Shown piece after piece: positions 30,462 to 41,560 of a DNA stretch of 64,000 bases (position 1 is its first letter; each line of letters starts with the position of its first letter). The notes below the pieces were generated by a model. That model saw only the letters and a program-made list of their open reading frames with translations. It made no database searches and had not been told where the DNA came from. The position numbers and the translations under genes were made by a program. Where the stretch lies: the NCBI GenBank assembly GCA_963737155.1, contig CAVTRN010000002.1:3014662-3078661 (forward strand), read 5' to 3'. Source of the DNA: Nitrospirota bacterium (GTDB taxonomy: Bacteria; Nitrospirota; UBA9217).

Positions 30462-32513
30462 TTACTGGGTTTTATCTTTACTGCCGAGTCCTCTCAGATC
30501 AAAGAGCACCTTGTACGAGTAGTCTCCAGGTCTCTCGATCACGAGCACTTTGACTCCCCAGCACTGCGTAGTATAATTTATGGAAAAATCCTGCTCCGTA
30601 TATTGCTTGTTTTCTATATTTCGCCATAACTCAGTGTTAAAGCTCCACTTGCCGTGTTTCAGAGTACCGCCTCCGATTAAATAATTTTCCGCCGTAGTGG
30701 TCGCCGTACTTTGCACATAATTATTTGTGAGGTTCAGCGATATGACGCCTCCGTTGTATGTGGCTCCCACAGACCGGTCCGTTATGACGTGGGAATAAGG
30801 ATCATAGTCAGTGGTTGCGGTCATAGTAAACGCTTTAGGAGTCCTTAAATACAACTCGCCAATAAGGACTGAAAAAGGATGGGCCGCAGCATTCTGTTCG
30901 CGCGCCTCTTTCAGGTCATAGGCCTCGGATAGTTTAAAAACCATCAAGTCGAAGGTTGAGTATTGCTGCGATCCCTTTGATTCCTTGTAGTGGGCGGTCA
31001 GGCGGTTGATAATCGAAACAGTTGTCGTGTTTTGCGCAACCAGGCTGTCCACGGAATCGAATTGGGGTATGTTTTGCTGATTATTAACATAGGGAATATA
31101 GGCATAGGAGATCGTGGGCTCGATTGAATGCCGGATGCGTCCGATCCCGCTATCGCCATCGGTTCCAAAGACTCTTGATAATCTCGCGTTCAGATCTGCT
31201 TCCGCGTAAGCGTATTCCCGCTCTATCGGCTCGTCACTCGTAGCGCTCCGGCCGTAATACGTCGCACGAGCTCCTGCACGCGGGGTTAGGTTCAACCCGC
31301 TGCTACCGAAAGCAGCATCCAGTTCCGGATTAAAATCTACGCGCTGCGTGCTGCCAACGGCCTGCTCATAGAAATTCGTCGCCAATCCTTCGAAATTGAG
31401 ATGAAACGGGCCTGCAAGATTTTCCTCATAAATCGTGTAGCGAAGTTCGGGCAATTTCTGGACCGTGTTCTCGTTTGTTTGCGTAAGGTCCGTCGAGTAC
31501 TGCCCCAGGAGATAAAGAGATGCGGTGCTCCACCGCTCGATATAGAAGGCGTTGGAGTCAACATAGGGCTTGGACTTCATCTCAAGATCGTACTCGAGAT
31601 CGTGATAGTAATTGTAATCGCTCACCTGATTGATGTCTACACGTGCGGATAGGTCATCCGCGAATTCCTCCATGTGTTTTAATTGAAAATCCCACCGCGA
31701 TACCTCGGTATGGTACATATCCCAGAATTTAGCATATAATTCTCCGCGGGATTCATGGGAGTTGTTGTAGCGGTAATCGATGCCCGTTCCCAGCCCGATC
31801 GCCGAGCGGTAATCAGACGAAATTGTCGCATCTTTTGAATCAGAGATGGCCCAGAAGAACGTGTTTGTGAGCGTAATTCCTTCACTTCTGCTGTATCCCG
31901 GCTCTGGGAGCAGAAAACCGGACTGCCTGTGGACCGGAAAAAGAAAATAAGGTGAGTAGAACACCGGCACACCCTCCATGTTAAAGTACACATCGTTGCC
32001 CGTGGCATACCCGGCCATATCGATGTTCATCTCCTTGGCCTTGATGAACCAGCCGTCCTCGTTGCAGGTCGTGAACTCGCCGTGCTCGACATGATAAACG
32101 GTTTCTGATTTTCTCTCGATGACATCACCCTTAAGATGAATGTTGTCTTTTTTCATGAAAAGTTCGCCCTTGTAGATGACGCCTTCAGAGGTCCGGAGAT
32201 TCGTTTTCAGTTTCGCTGCGCGAACAACGTTCCCCTGGTCCTGGAGATAAACGTTTCCTTCCGCCTCAGCCACGCCGGTCTTATTGTTCAAAATAACCTT
32301 GTCCGCTTCGAGCCTGATCCCCCCCTGCTCAATTTTTACATGACCCGCAGCAATATAAACGTCAGTGGCCCGGTCATAATCGAGTTTGTCGGCAGCCACG
32401 GTAACGGGAATTTTCTTCGGCAGCGGCTCGGCAGAGGCGCGCTGTAGCGCACCAGCAAGCAGACAAGCTGATACCGAAAGAACCAGTATGATTGCTTTCC
32501 AGAGATTCCCCAT
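30462..32513 (-). CDS. lptD: LPS-assembly protein LptD
   Basis: Signal peptide, OstA-like beta-jellyroll, FTTC, SGFLLP, beta-barrel, QCW near the C-terminus. Confidence 0.88.
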   Translation of the reverse strand: MGNLWKAIILVLSVSACLLAGALQRASAEPLPKKIPVTVAADKLDYDRATDVYIAAGHVKIEQGGIRLEADKVILNNKTGVAEAEGNVYLQDQGNVVRAAKLKTNLRTSEGVIYKGELFMKKDNIHLKGDVIERKSETVYHVEHGEFTTCNEDGWFIKAKEMNIDMAGYATGNDVYFNMEGVPVFYSPYFLFPVHRQSGFLLPEPGYSRSEGITLTNTFFWAISDSKDATISSDYRSAIGLGTGIDYRYNNSHESRGELYAKFWDMYHTEVSRWDFQLKHMEEFADDLSARVDINQVSDYNYYHDLEYDLEMKSKPYVDSNAFYIERWSTASLYLLGQYSTDLTQTNENTVQKLPELRYTIYEENLAGPFHLNFEGLATNFYEQAVGSTQRVDFNPELDAAFGSSGLNLTPRAGARATYYGRSATSDEPIEREYAYAEADLNARLSRVFGTDGDSGIGRIRHSIEPTISYAYIPYVNNQQNIPQFDSVDSLVAQNTTTVSIINRLTAHYKESKGSQQYSTFDLMVFKLSEAYDLKEAREQNAAAHPFSVLIGELYLRTPKAFTMTATTDYDPYSHVITDRSVGATYNGGVISLNLTNNYVQSTATTTAENYLIGGGTLKHGKWSFNTELWRNIENKQYTEQDFSINYTTQCWGVKVLVIERPGDYSYKVLFDLRGLGSKDKTQ

Positions 32514-32613
32514 GAATTCCCTTATAAATACCGATATACAATCGGCGTAAGCCTCGCTCTTTCATGCTTCTCTTCCGGTGACTCTGCGCATAGTAACCAC
32601 GACCTCGTTCTGA

Positions 32614-33966
32614 TCATCCCTTAAGATCCGCAAGCGCAGCGGTACGGCCCCCGCCGGCAAAAAAAAGCGTCCGTGCATCACCCACAACATAGAGCGAACC
32701 CGTAACAAGGATTATGTCGTCCACTGATGCGATGTTCCTTGCCTGGGACAGGGCTTCATCAACCGTCTCCGCAGTGGCCACCTGAGCATGCAGCCTGCCG
32801 ATTTCAGCAGCAAGGACCTTTACGTCAAGTGCGCGGGAATACTGAGGCTTCGTTACCACTATGCGGTCGGCCAGTGGAACAAGTTCAGCGACGATCCCGC
32901 AATAGTCCTTGTCGCTGAGAATACCGATTATAAGAATCAACCGCCGATAGGCGGGCATTAAATCTCTGACGAGCACAGCGAGCTTTTTTGCCGAAGCCGG
33001 ATTGTGCGCGCCATCCAGAAAAATATCGGGCTTCTGAGCCACGCGCTCCATCCGGCCTTCCCACCTCGCGTGTTCAAGAGCAACTCTGACCGCGTTTTCC
33101 TCGACTAGAATGCCGTCATTCCGAAGGCATTCGACTGCCGCCAGCGCGAGACAGGCATTGTCAATCTGATGTCGACCAAGCATCTGCAACCTCAGGCCGT
33201 GATAGTGTTTCTGGATTCCGTGGTAATTAAAAATCTGTCCACCGTCCTTATCAATACAATATTGGGCAGAAAAGTCTTTTCCCAGGCGGAATACCCGCGC
33301 TTGCTGCGCCACTGCTGCGCTTTCGATTACTCTGATCGCCTCCGGCTGAGCAACTCCGGTGATGAGGGGGACGCCGGGCTTGATGATTCCCGCCTTCTCG
33401 CCGGCGATCTGTTCTAGTGTGCCGCCCAGAAACTCCGTATGTTCGAGATCGATATTGGTGATCACCGATACCAATGGACTTATCACATTCGTCGAGTCGA
33501 GCCGGCCGCCCATACCCACTTCGACAACCGCAATCTCGATACCTTCTTCCGCGAAGTAGGTAAAGGCCATTGCTGTCGTTACCTCAAAGAAAGTCGGGCT
33601 CATTTCACCGGAACTTTCCGCCGCCGGGAGTCGGCGATATACATCGCGCACGCGCTGTGCCAGATCGATGACCCGTGTTTCCGCGATCGGAATGCCGTTG
33701 ATCCTGATCCGTTCCGTGAAACTCACGAGATGGGGAGAAGTGTAAAGGCCGACCCGGAATCCCGCGGCCATAAGCATGCCGGCGATATACACTGACGTTG
33801 AACCCTTTCCATTGGTTCCCGCAACATGGACAGTGCGGAATTTCCGGTGAGGATAGTCCATGAGCTCCATGAGGCGGTTGCTGTTTGCAAGTGCCAGCTT
33901 GATCCCGTGCTTTTGGAGTGTATAAAGGTACTCTATAGTTTCCAAATATGATCGGTCGTCGGACAT
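32614..33966 (-). CDS. folC: folylpolyglutamate synthase/dihydrofolate synthase
   Basis: HVAGTNGKGS, YTSPHL, EVGMGGRLDSTN, DGAHN, GSLYVVG. Confidence 0.97.
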   Translation of the reverse strand: MSDDRSYLETIEYLYTLQKHGIKLALANSNRLMELMDYPHRKFRTVHVAGTNGKGSTSVYIAGMLMAAGFRVGLYTSPHLVSFTERIRINGIPIAETRVIDLAQRVRDVYRRLPAAESSGEMSPTFFEVTTAMAFTYFAEEGIEIAVVEVGMGGRLDSTNVISPLVSVITNIDLEHTEFLGGTLEQIAGEKAGIIKPGVPLITGVAQPEAIRVIESAAVAQQARVFRLGKDFSAQYCIDKDGGQIFNYHGIQKHYHGLRLQMLGRHQIDNACLALAAVECLRNDGILVEENAVRVALEHARWEGRMERVAQKPDIFLDGAHNPASAKKLAVLVRDLMPAYRRLILIIGILSDKDYCGIVAELVPLADRIVVTKPQYSRALDVKVLAAEIGRLHAQVATAETVDEALSQARNIASVDDIILVTGSLYVVGDARTLFFAGGGRTAALADLKG

Positions 33967-34030
33967 TCTCGTAGTTTATCGTTCCTTCTGGCTGCCAGTA
34001 TGCTTGTTGTTGCAGGATTAACCGGACCGG

Positions 34031-34915
34031 TCAGTGAACAACCGATTGTGACGGCACGGTCTTCACTGCAGGAGGCGCCGGCTGCTCCTCAGGATGGGGT
34101 GCCGGTGCTGATGGCACGGCTTGCTCTGCCCGTTGTGGCTGCGTGTGTTCTGCAACTGGTTTTGGCGCAGCCTTCAGTTTCAGAACAAAAGAGATCGGCG
34201 CGACTGCCGGGAATGAATTAAATCGTTGCCGGTTATAACTTATTTTTGTCGTTGGCTCAAGCTGGTTGAATAAAACGGCAAGCTCGCTGGCCGTTAGACT
34301 AGCGGAGACCTCCTTTATTGTATCAGAAAAACTCATCTTTCGCAGCTTGCGATGCCTATGGATGATTTTATTGATCTTCCGGATTGCCAGCGTGTTGTTC
34401 TCGGGAATGAGGGTAACGATTAGCGGTTCTGAAGCAGGGGCCAGCACAGCAACGGGCAAGTCCGAAGTGTGTTGCAGCGTTGCGGTGGGCGAAGAGGATG
34501 CCGTGGCGCTTAATGCGGATAAGATCAGATTGTTGCCTACCGTCGTGCCGGAAGGCGCAGTCTTGGTTATGCGCTCAATCTCAATATCGAGTTGCCGAGG
34601 GGTTACCTCATAATAATAAACAAGGCCAGCGATCAGCATGATCCCGATGATCCAGAGCGGCCGGTAGAGAACCTTCTTCATTAGTTTGTCAAGGATCGAA
34701 ACACCTTCCTTCATCCTGCCAATGACTCCACCCGGCGCATTGATATCCTTTAGTATCTGCTGGGTCTCTTCCGCGCGTCTGAGCCCCTCATACTCTGACA
34801 GGCACACCACGCACTGTGACAGATGACGCTCGATTCTTTTCCGGTTTGTCGCGAACACATGACCACGCAGATATTTCTGTAGCGCTCGCCTGGTCCTTTG
34901 ACATTCTTTTTCCAT
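34031..34915 (-). CDS. zf-HC2 (anti-sigma-like) membrane protein
   Basis: HLSQCVVC (HxxxCxxC), single TM, C-terminal extracytoplasmic region. Confidence 0.7.
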   Translation of the reverse strand: MEKECQRTRRALQKYLRGHVFATNRKRIERHLSQCVVCLSEYEGLRRAEETQQILKDINAPGGVIGRMKEGVSILDKLMKKVLYRPLWIIGIMLIAGLVYYYEVTPRQLDIEIERITKTAPSGTTVGNNLILSALSATASSSPTATLQHTSDLPVAVLAPASEPLIVTLIPENNTLAIRKINKIIHRHRKLRKMSFSDTIKEVSASLTASELAVLFNQLEPTTKISYNRQRFNSFPAVAPISFVLKLKAAPKPVAEHTQPQRAEQAVPSAPAPHPEEQPAPPAVKTVPSQSVVH

Positions 34916-35145
34916 GGTTACTACCTCTACGCCCCGGAGCTTCACCCTGCTGTCCCGATGGCTTTCAGGTAACATCGGGCGTTTCGTTTCATTCCCTGCC
35001 GTTTGGATACCTCCCACCTTGCGCAAACAGTGAAGCAACGTTAATGATTTCGTAAACACCGGATCGCCTGTTCTTGACGCTTTACGATATCATCGCCTTT
35101 CCCAGCTCCAAAACAAAATCCTCAATTCCCCATTCATCCGCGCGT

Positions 35146-35949
35146 TTACACACCACCCACTCGCACCTGTTGGACATGGTGAAGCGAATCGCCAAAAAAC
35201 CGCTTCCCGATCTTTTCGAAACGCGAAGGTAGATCGGTGACATAGAATTTTCTCACGCCTTCGCCTGGCCCGTTTATGTGCCATTTCAGCTTATCGAGCA
35301 CATCCTCGACCTCCTTGGCCGTCTCCGTAGCCGAATCAATGAGCCTTGTGGCTGGGTCAATCGCACGAGAGATGACTGATTTAAACAAGGGGTAGTGCGT
35401 GCATCCCAGTACCAGCGTGTCGATGCCCATTTTCCGAAGCGGCGCGAGGTATTTCCTGGCCACAAGCTCCGCCACATCGTTGTCCGTCCAGCCCGCTTCC
35501 GCAAGGGGAACAAAGAGCGGACAGGCCAAACTGTGGACCTCAACATCCGGCGCCAACCTTTTTATCGCAGACTCATAGGCGCCACTTGCAATCGTTGCCT
35601 CCGTTCCGATGACGCCGAGCTTCCTCGTTCTCGTGGCTGCAACGGCTGCCCGCGCGCCAGGCTCCAGCACGCCGATGACCGGCAGGGGAAATTCCTTCTT
35701 CACTGCGTCGAGGCTGATGGCAGACGCCGTATTGCATGCGACGACAAGCAGCTTGATCTCTTGGGAAAGGAGGAATTGCGTATTCTCGAAGCTGTATCGT
35801 GTTACCGTCTCGGGGGAGCGGATACCGTAGGGCACACGCGCCGTATCGCCGAGATAGATGATGTTCTCCTCCGGCAGCGTTGCCACGATCTCCTTGACCA
35901 CTGTGAGCCCGCCGATGCCGGAATCAAATATGCCGATAGCTTTTTGCAT
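35146..35949 (-). CDS. murI: glutamate racemase
   Basis: FDSGIGGLTV, ACNTAS, LGCTHYP. Confidence 0.97.
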   Translation of the reverse strand: MQKAIGIFDSGIGGLTVVKEIVATLPEENIIYLGDTARVPYGIRSPETVTRYSFENTQFLLSQEIKLLVVACNTASAISLDAVKKEFPLPVIGVLEPGARAAVAATRTRKLGVIGTEATIASGAYESAIKRLAPDVEVHSLACPLFVPLAEAGWTDNDVAELVARKYLAPLRKMGIDTLVLGCTHYPLFKSVISRAIDPATRLIDSATETAKEVEDVLDKLKWHINGPGEGVRKFYVTDLPSRFEKIGKRFFGDSLHHVQQVRVGGV

Positions 35950-36066
35950 GGCAATAATTTATGCTTTTGAATTTTACTGTCTTGGGTTCGGCGGCATGTT
36001 TTCTGGATTACCGAACCCCTGAACAGAATACTTGACACCCGGAACACAAAACTTGAAATGTGTAAG

Positions 36067-36663
36067 TTACGGCCTTATCAAGTCCATCCTTTTACCGTAC
36101 CTTCGTGCCAGATCCATGTGTCCTGCAAGGGTCCCGGCTTCCCCACCATCCAGGAGAAACACAACCTGTTTAATCTCTTCGAAGTTTTGCGTGAGAGTAT
36201 TTACTAGTGCATAGATGGCGAGTTCTTCATCCCAGGCGGACGCCTTCACAGCCTGTTGCTGGTCCGTCGCGATGTCGATATAGGCAGTTCCCTGCGAGTC
36301 GAGATAAAAAGCGCGAAGCTTGACGTCCCGCAGCACAGGGGCCTGTGCAGCCCGTTGGTCCTGAAAAAGAGCCAGAAGAGTTTCCCTTGCCTGAGTCTGC
36401 GCGTCGGGCTGCCGCTTTACAGGCGCTAGAGAGGAAACAAGCATGCCATCCAGGGGATAATAAAGCGTAACCGAGAGCGGTTCGGTGCGGAATGCCGGCT
36501 GGATGAGCGGGCTCAGGCTCTGCTCCGCCTGCTTCGGGGCCACATTCGAGAAAGTCCCGCGGGACCAATAGAAAAATGCGCCAGCAGCTACGATGAAAAC
36601 CAAGCCAATGACGATCATAAGCAGCCGGTTGTCCCGGATAGCCCTATCGGTTGTCAACGACAT
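36067..36663 (-). CDS. GerMN domain protein
   Basis: N-terminal TM; AIYALVNTLT....IKQVVFLLDG....LAGH; amidase-GerMN-murI synteny. Confidence 0.82.
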   Translation of the reverse strand: MSLTTDRAIRDNRLLMIVIGLVFIVAAGAFFYWSRGTFSNVAPKQAEQSLSPLIQPAFRTEPLSVTLYYPLDGMLVSSLAPVKRQPDAQTQARETLLALFQDQRAAQAPVLRDVKLRAFYLDSQGTAYIDIATDQQQAVKASAWDEELAIYALVNTLTQNFEEIKQVVFLLDGGEAGTLAGHMDLARRYGKRMDLIRP

Positions 36664-37672
36664 ACTTCTCAATCCCTCCCGCGATAGCTTCTGCCGCACG
36701 CTCCCGGTCTTGCCCCATGCCGACCTCGACCATGACCGCAGCCGCATCCACGGCCTTCAGGCCTGCAAGAGGCGCCTGAATAGGCTCTGCGCTTTCACTA
36801 CCCTCAATCAGCTTCGCGATCTTTCGACCCAGCAGTCCGCTCTGCTCAGCATGAATCGCCTGCTGGCTCCCCCAGGCCATGTTCCGCTGTTCACTCTCCA
36901 GTTCATTACCGATAGAGTCGCCTCTCACAGCTTGGCCTTGAACCATCGAATCGCCCATTTCATCGACGAGGTCCTGGATATAGACCCGTGCGCCATGAGC
37001 CGGAGCCGCATGGATGCTCACAAAAATCGACTCGCCCACCGCATTGGCAAGAGCCGCCCGCTCGTCGAGCGTGAGAGACAGGTCCTGATCGCGTGTGAGT
37101 ACAACCTTGAACTGGTAGGGTTTATATTGAAGCAGAATTTTCCTCACGGCAAGCGCAAGTTCAAGGTCTATGTTTTTCTCAATCCCCTGTTCCGTGACCA
37201 GACCCACGTCCTTGCCGCCATGTCCAGGGTCAAGAACGACCACGATGGGGCGGCCAGCTGCTGGGACGGGGAGCACGGCGTTCCCAGTCTTAGAGATATC
37301 GAGCACAATTCGGTCCGGACTGCGAAGCGTAAAATCCTTAACCTGGCCTGCCGATGCTTCCAGCCTGACCATGGCGAAGGTCTTGCCTGCTGCCTCCCAA
37401 GAATCTATACCCGCCACAATGCTGTCATGAATCATGGGCAACGGAGACTTGAAGACAAAGGGCCCTTCATAGGAGCCAAGCATGATGTTGCGTCCATCCT
37501 GGGACCGGGTTAGGACGTAAGGCGCTGCCACGTCGACATCGAATACGATGCGCGTAAATGCTGCATAAGCCGAATAACGCACGCCTGTGACAATCAGTCC
37601 CTTTTCTGACGCCCCAATGCTGGCAGGGAACAGGAGAACAAGAAGGAACAGGATTTTTTTCCATGTCTGCAT
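36644..37672 (-). CDS. N-acetylmuramoyl-L-alanine amidase (AMIN + Amidase_3)
   Basis: Signal peptide, RIVFD/RIVLD, DPGHGG, EK, SIHA, VEVG. Confidence 0.87.
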   Translation of the reverse strand: MQTWKKILFLLVLLFPASIGASEKGLIVTGVRYSAYAAFTRIVFDVDVAAPYVLTRSQDGRNIMLGSYEGPFVFKSPLPMIHDSIVAGIDSWEAAGKTFAMVRLEASAGQVKDFTLRSPDRIVLDISKTGNAVLPVPAAGRPIVVVLDPGHGGKDVGLVTEQGIEKNIDLELALAVRKILLQYKPYQFKVVLTRDQDLSLTLDERAALANAVGESIFVSIHAAPAHGARVYIQDLVDEMGDSMVQGQAVRGDSIGNELESEQRNMAWGSQQAIHAEQSGLLGRKIAKLIEGSESAEPIQAPLAGLKAVDAAAVMVEVGMGQDRERAAEAIAGGIEKYVVDNR

Positions 37673-37796
37673 AGAATCATTTATAATAACATAACAAATA
37701 AAATACTGCAACTATAACGCGACAAAAACCCATAATAAACGGGGCGATGCAACTAGAATTTGCATTATCACCAGCCCCGTGTTAATCTGCTGCCTG

Positions 37797-39755
37797 ATGA
37801 ATGCCTTAAAGATTTTCGGCGAATCAGGAATGATCGCCAAAGCCATGAATCGGGCTTACGAGCTCCGACCCCAGCAGATCAATATGGCCAGCGCTGTGGA
37901 AGAGGCCCTCTCCACGAAAACGCACCTTATTGTCGAAGCGGGAACAGGCGTGGGCAAGAGTCTCGCCTATCTCGTGCCTCTCATTCTCTGGACGCGCGGC
38001 GAAAACTGCCGCGCCGTCGTCGCAACGTATACAAAAGCCCTCCAGCAGCAACTCGTGGGCAAGGACCTGCCCTTTCTGAAAAACGTGCTCGGCGATTTCC
38101 GATACGCTCTGTGTGTGGGTGGTGAGAACTATCTGTGCCTCCGCCGGTTCGACTATCTCCGTATGGGGGACCTCTACGAGCAGAACGAACGAGAACCCCT
38201 GAACCGGCTTTTCGAGTGGTCCACTGTGACGCGAACCGGCCTGCGGAGCGAACTCGCCGTCGAAGTACCCGCGGGACTCTGGTCAAAAGCATGCCGTCAG
38301 ACCGATCTCTGCTTCGGCAAAGATTGCTCCTATTACCGAGACTGCTTTTACATGAGGGCAAAATCGATCGAGCAGCAAGCCCATATCCTCGTTGCAAACC
38401 ACCATCTTTTCTTTGCCGACATGGCAACGAACGGCAATGTGCTTCCGCAGTACAAGGCCGTCGTGTTCGATGAAGCGCACCAGGTCGAGGACGTGGCCAC
38501 TGATTATTTAGGCGTTGCAATATCAAACTCTTCTGCCCGTTATCTTCTAGACACACTTATAAGCCAGCGCACGCGCAAAGGACTGCTTACTCGTCTTACC
38601 GCTCAGGGACCGGAGACGCAGATGCTCCGCGGCATGGTCGACGGTCTGCGGGTTGTCACGGATAATTTCTTCCTGAACCTTCTTCCCCTTCTTTCGAAGG
38701 ATTCGGCAGTCCGGATCAGACGAAGTAACGTTATTCCGGATATCCTAAGCGAGCCACTCATGGAGCTCGGCGATGCGCTGCTCGAACTGCTTGCCGAATC
38801 CCAAGAGGAGGAGCTTGAGGTCAAAGCTTTCGCGTCACGAGCCCGGTCTCTTGCATCGGCCGTGCGGATGAACCTGGACCAGAGCGCTGAAGGCTTCGTT
38901 TACTGGGCAGAGCGCGAGAATCAGCGGTATCGACTCGTAGCTTCACCCATCGATGTCGCCGCGACACTGCGGGAGGAACTCTTTGAGAAAACGGATACCG
39001 TTGTGCTTACATCGGCGACGCTCTCCTCCGCAGGAACCTTCACCTACCTGAAAAGCCGCCTTGGCCTCGACGCTCCCGCAGAACTCCTGCTCGACTCACC
39101 CTTCGATTTTGAAAATCAAACCATGCTCTACGTCGCGCCAGGACTGGACGATCAGCAGGCGGAAGAGTATCAGGAAAAATTCGATAATGAGCTTCAGGCC
39201 GTACTGTCCATCACTCGAGGGAGGACTCTCACGCTCTTCACGAGCTACAGCCAGCTTCGAAAAAGTTCGGAGAAACTGCGGCGGGAGCTGCCAGACCTCG
39301 GATTCCTCTGTCAGGGGGAAATGTCGGCCTACCGCCTGATCGAACAATTCAAAGGCGCACCGAATAAGGTGCTTATGGGCACTGCGTCCTTTTGGCAAGG
39401 GATCGATGTCCCTGGCGATGCACTCCAATGCGTCGTGATTGCCAAACTCCCCTTTGCCGTGCCTGACGATCCGATCGTCGAATCACGCATGGAAAAGCTC
39501 AAAAACCCCTTCTACGAATACCAGATTCCGCAAGCCACCCTTCTATTCCGCCAGGGCTTCGGCAGACTCATCCGCACAAAAACAGACCGGGGCGCCATTG
39601 CGGTCCTCGATTCCCGGATCATAACGCGGAACTACGGCAAGTCATTCCTGAAATCGATCCCGAAGTGCAGAATGACCGACGACCGAGAAGAGTTCGAGCA
39701 ATTCTTCGACCTCCTCAAAACTGACAATCAGCGCAACCAGGCAGCGAAACCATAA
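37797..39755 (+). CDS. DinG/YoaA family ATP-dependent DNA helicase
   Basis: EAGTGVGKS, FeS-type cysteines, DEAH, TSATL, QGFGRLIR. Confidence 0.93.
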   Translation: MNALKIFGESGMIAKAMNRAYELRPQQINMASAVEEALSTKTHLIVEAGTGVGKSLAYLVPLILWTRGENCRAVVATYTKALQQQLVGKDLPFLKNVLGDFRYALCVGGENYLCLRRFDYLRMGDLYEQNEREPLNRLFEWSTVTRTGLRSELAVEVPAGLWSKACRQTDLCFGKDCSYYRDCFYMRAKSIEQQAHILVANHHLFFADMATNGNVLPQYKAVVFDEAHQVEDVATDYLGVAISNSSARYLLDTLISQRTRKGLLTRLTAQGPETQMLRGMVDGLRVVTDNFFLNLLPLLSKDSAVRIRRSNVIPDILSEPLMELGDALLELLAESQEEELEVKAFASRARSLASAVRMNLDQSAEGFVYWAERENQRYRLVASPIDVAATLREELFEKTDTVVLTSATLSSAGTFTYLKSRLGLDAPAELLLDSPFDFENQTMLYVAPGLDDQQAEEYQEKFDNELQAVLSITRGRTLTLFTSYSQLRKSSEKLRRELPDLGFLCQGEMSAYRLIEQFKGAPNKVLMGTASFWQGIDVPGDALQCVVIAKLPFAVPDDPIVESRMEKLKNPFYEYQIPQATLLFRQGFGRLIRTKTDRGAIAVLDSRIITRNYGKSFLKSIPKCRMTDDREEFEQFFDLLKTDNQRNQAAKP

Positions 39756-40262
39756 GCGTCTTAAACAAAGAAAGGGTATTTCTTCATGAACGATTTAGTG
39801 TTCGCCAATCCCTTCTCATATTTGCTGCTTAAGGTTGTTATCGAAACCATGGCCAATGACATCTCTGTTGCCGACGCGCACGGAGACTACCTTCTAATAG
39901 CGACATCAATGTCGGGGTAAGTGGGTATCTTGCTTATGGTGTCCAAGACTTCTTTTTTGCCACACTGCTGTGTTCCACAGCTTTTTTGCAGTGAAACTAG
40001 ACAGAAAATCAGTGATGTCGTGAACGTTGTCAACTAATGCTTTACCGACAACAATCATTGTTTGGACCCTCACTATCTTTAATTGGGCTCAATCATCTTT
40101 GTTAAAAATATCACACTAGTGAACATCTACTCACCCATCAGTGGTAATATTTTATTTGGTTACTTCGATACCAGCGCCTTATCTTCCCTGACAGAAGAGA
40201 CGGATTTTTACGGCGCAGGAGGACAAAATAAAGAAGTACCGGATCAGAAGCCAGGCCGATGC

Positions 40263-40775
40263 CTAGGCTTTCCTCAGTACCCTGATGGCTTTCTTGTCAT
40301 CGGCGGTCTTGATCACCGAGATCGCTGTCTTCCCGGAACTGGTTGTTGAGTAGAAATAGTAGATGTTGATGCCGGCATCGGCAATGATTTTCGCGATTCT
40401 CTCCAGCGCTCCCACCCTGTTCGGCGTCTTAACCATGATAATCGAAGATTCATGAATCTCCTCGGCACCGATCCTTTCGAGCGCCTTCTCTGCTTTGGCA
40501 AAGTCATCCACAATCAGGGTAAACGTAGCATTCCGGCGCAAGGTGCTAGCCGAAGTGCCGGTCGCGGCAAGTATGTTCACATTCTCCGCGGCCACAGCTG
40601 CCGCTACTTTCGCCGTCAATCCGATTGTGTCAGTGAATTTGGCAGTGATTTCCGTTGCAGTCCTGGCGCTATACTCAGATCCGACATGATTTCCCGCAGA
40701 CGCGACTTTCTTCACCGCAAGTTTTTTCAGGATTTTCCTTGGTTTTAAAACCCCTTTTTTCGCCTCTTTTGCCAT
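40263..40775 (-). CDS. tandem ACT-domain protein
   Basis: Two ACT repeats (DTIGLTAKV...VNI; NRVGAL...AGINI). Confidence 0.8.
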   Translation of the reverse strand: MAKEAKKGVLKPRKILKKLAVKKVASAGNHVGSEYSARTATEITAKFTDTIGLTAKVAAAVAAENVNILAATGTSASTLRRNATFTLIVDDFAKAEKALERIGAEEIHESSIIMVKTPNRVGALERIAKIIADAGINIYYFYSTTSSGKTAISVIKTADDKKAIRVLRKA

Positions 40776-41560
40776 GGATTCTTTCTCCTCTCTATGAAAA
40801 CCTACCGCCGGCAGGAAGGTAATTAAATAGCATGAAGAAATCTATTTCCAACTGCCGGTCGACCTTACTTTACTATAGAAAAAAGTGTGTGGCAAGCGGG
40901 GAAATAGCTGGTTCCAATGAATGCAAAAGCTTGCCTGCAAATATTTTTAAAAATGACGACCGTTGTATAAGGGCAATCTATCATCATTCCGCACAATTTC
41001 TTAATACACTTTTTATTCAGAGCGAAGCAGAAGACCATGAGCGTTAGCTCGTGGATGAATGCGTCCCTTATGTTTCCCACAACCTTCCAGGGGGTTAGGA
41101 GTGGGTGTTTCTTTCGCATTCAAGTACCACGGACGCCCGTGGGTAGCTACTTCAACAATTTGCTATTTTCGTCGATTCTGGGTTTAGTGGGAGACCGCCA
41201 TGTAGTGCTAACATTTAGGGGCCTAGAACTGCATAAGTAATTGAGAGTTAAAATAAATCCCTTTTAACAGCCAGGGGTTCCGCTTTCTTTCTTATGCTTT
41301 ATTTTGGGGCTAGCCACACTCGTTCCGGAAGGGCACTATTTTTTCTTTTGTCAAAGTACTTTGCCGATACGATGCTTGCTGATAAGACGCATTAAACATT
41401 CCGCTATAATCCAGTCGTCATGCATCCGAATACCACTTGACTTCGGAGAGCAAGGACACATATATTAATAGTAATCAAACATCCAGCACGAATGCCGTAC
41501 CAATATCCACTGTCAAAACGATGGAATTGCGGGACATGCTCTCAAAATAGGAGGGATTGA

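Noticed and set aside
36593-37513. 306-aa plus-strand ORF, and the many similar antisense ORFs across the window
   Set aside because: Shadow frames opposite well-supported genes; no motifs
39786-39920. 44-aa ORF after dinG
   Set aside because: Weak SD and no recognisable features
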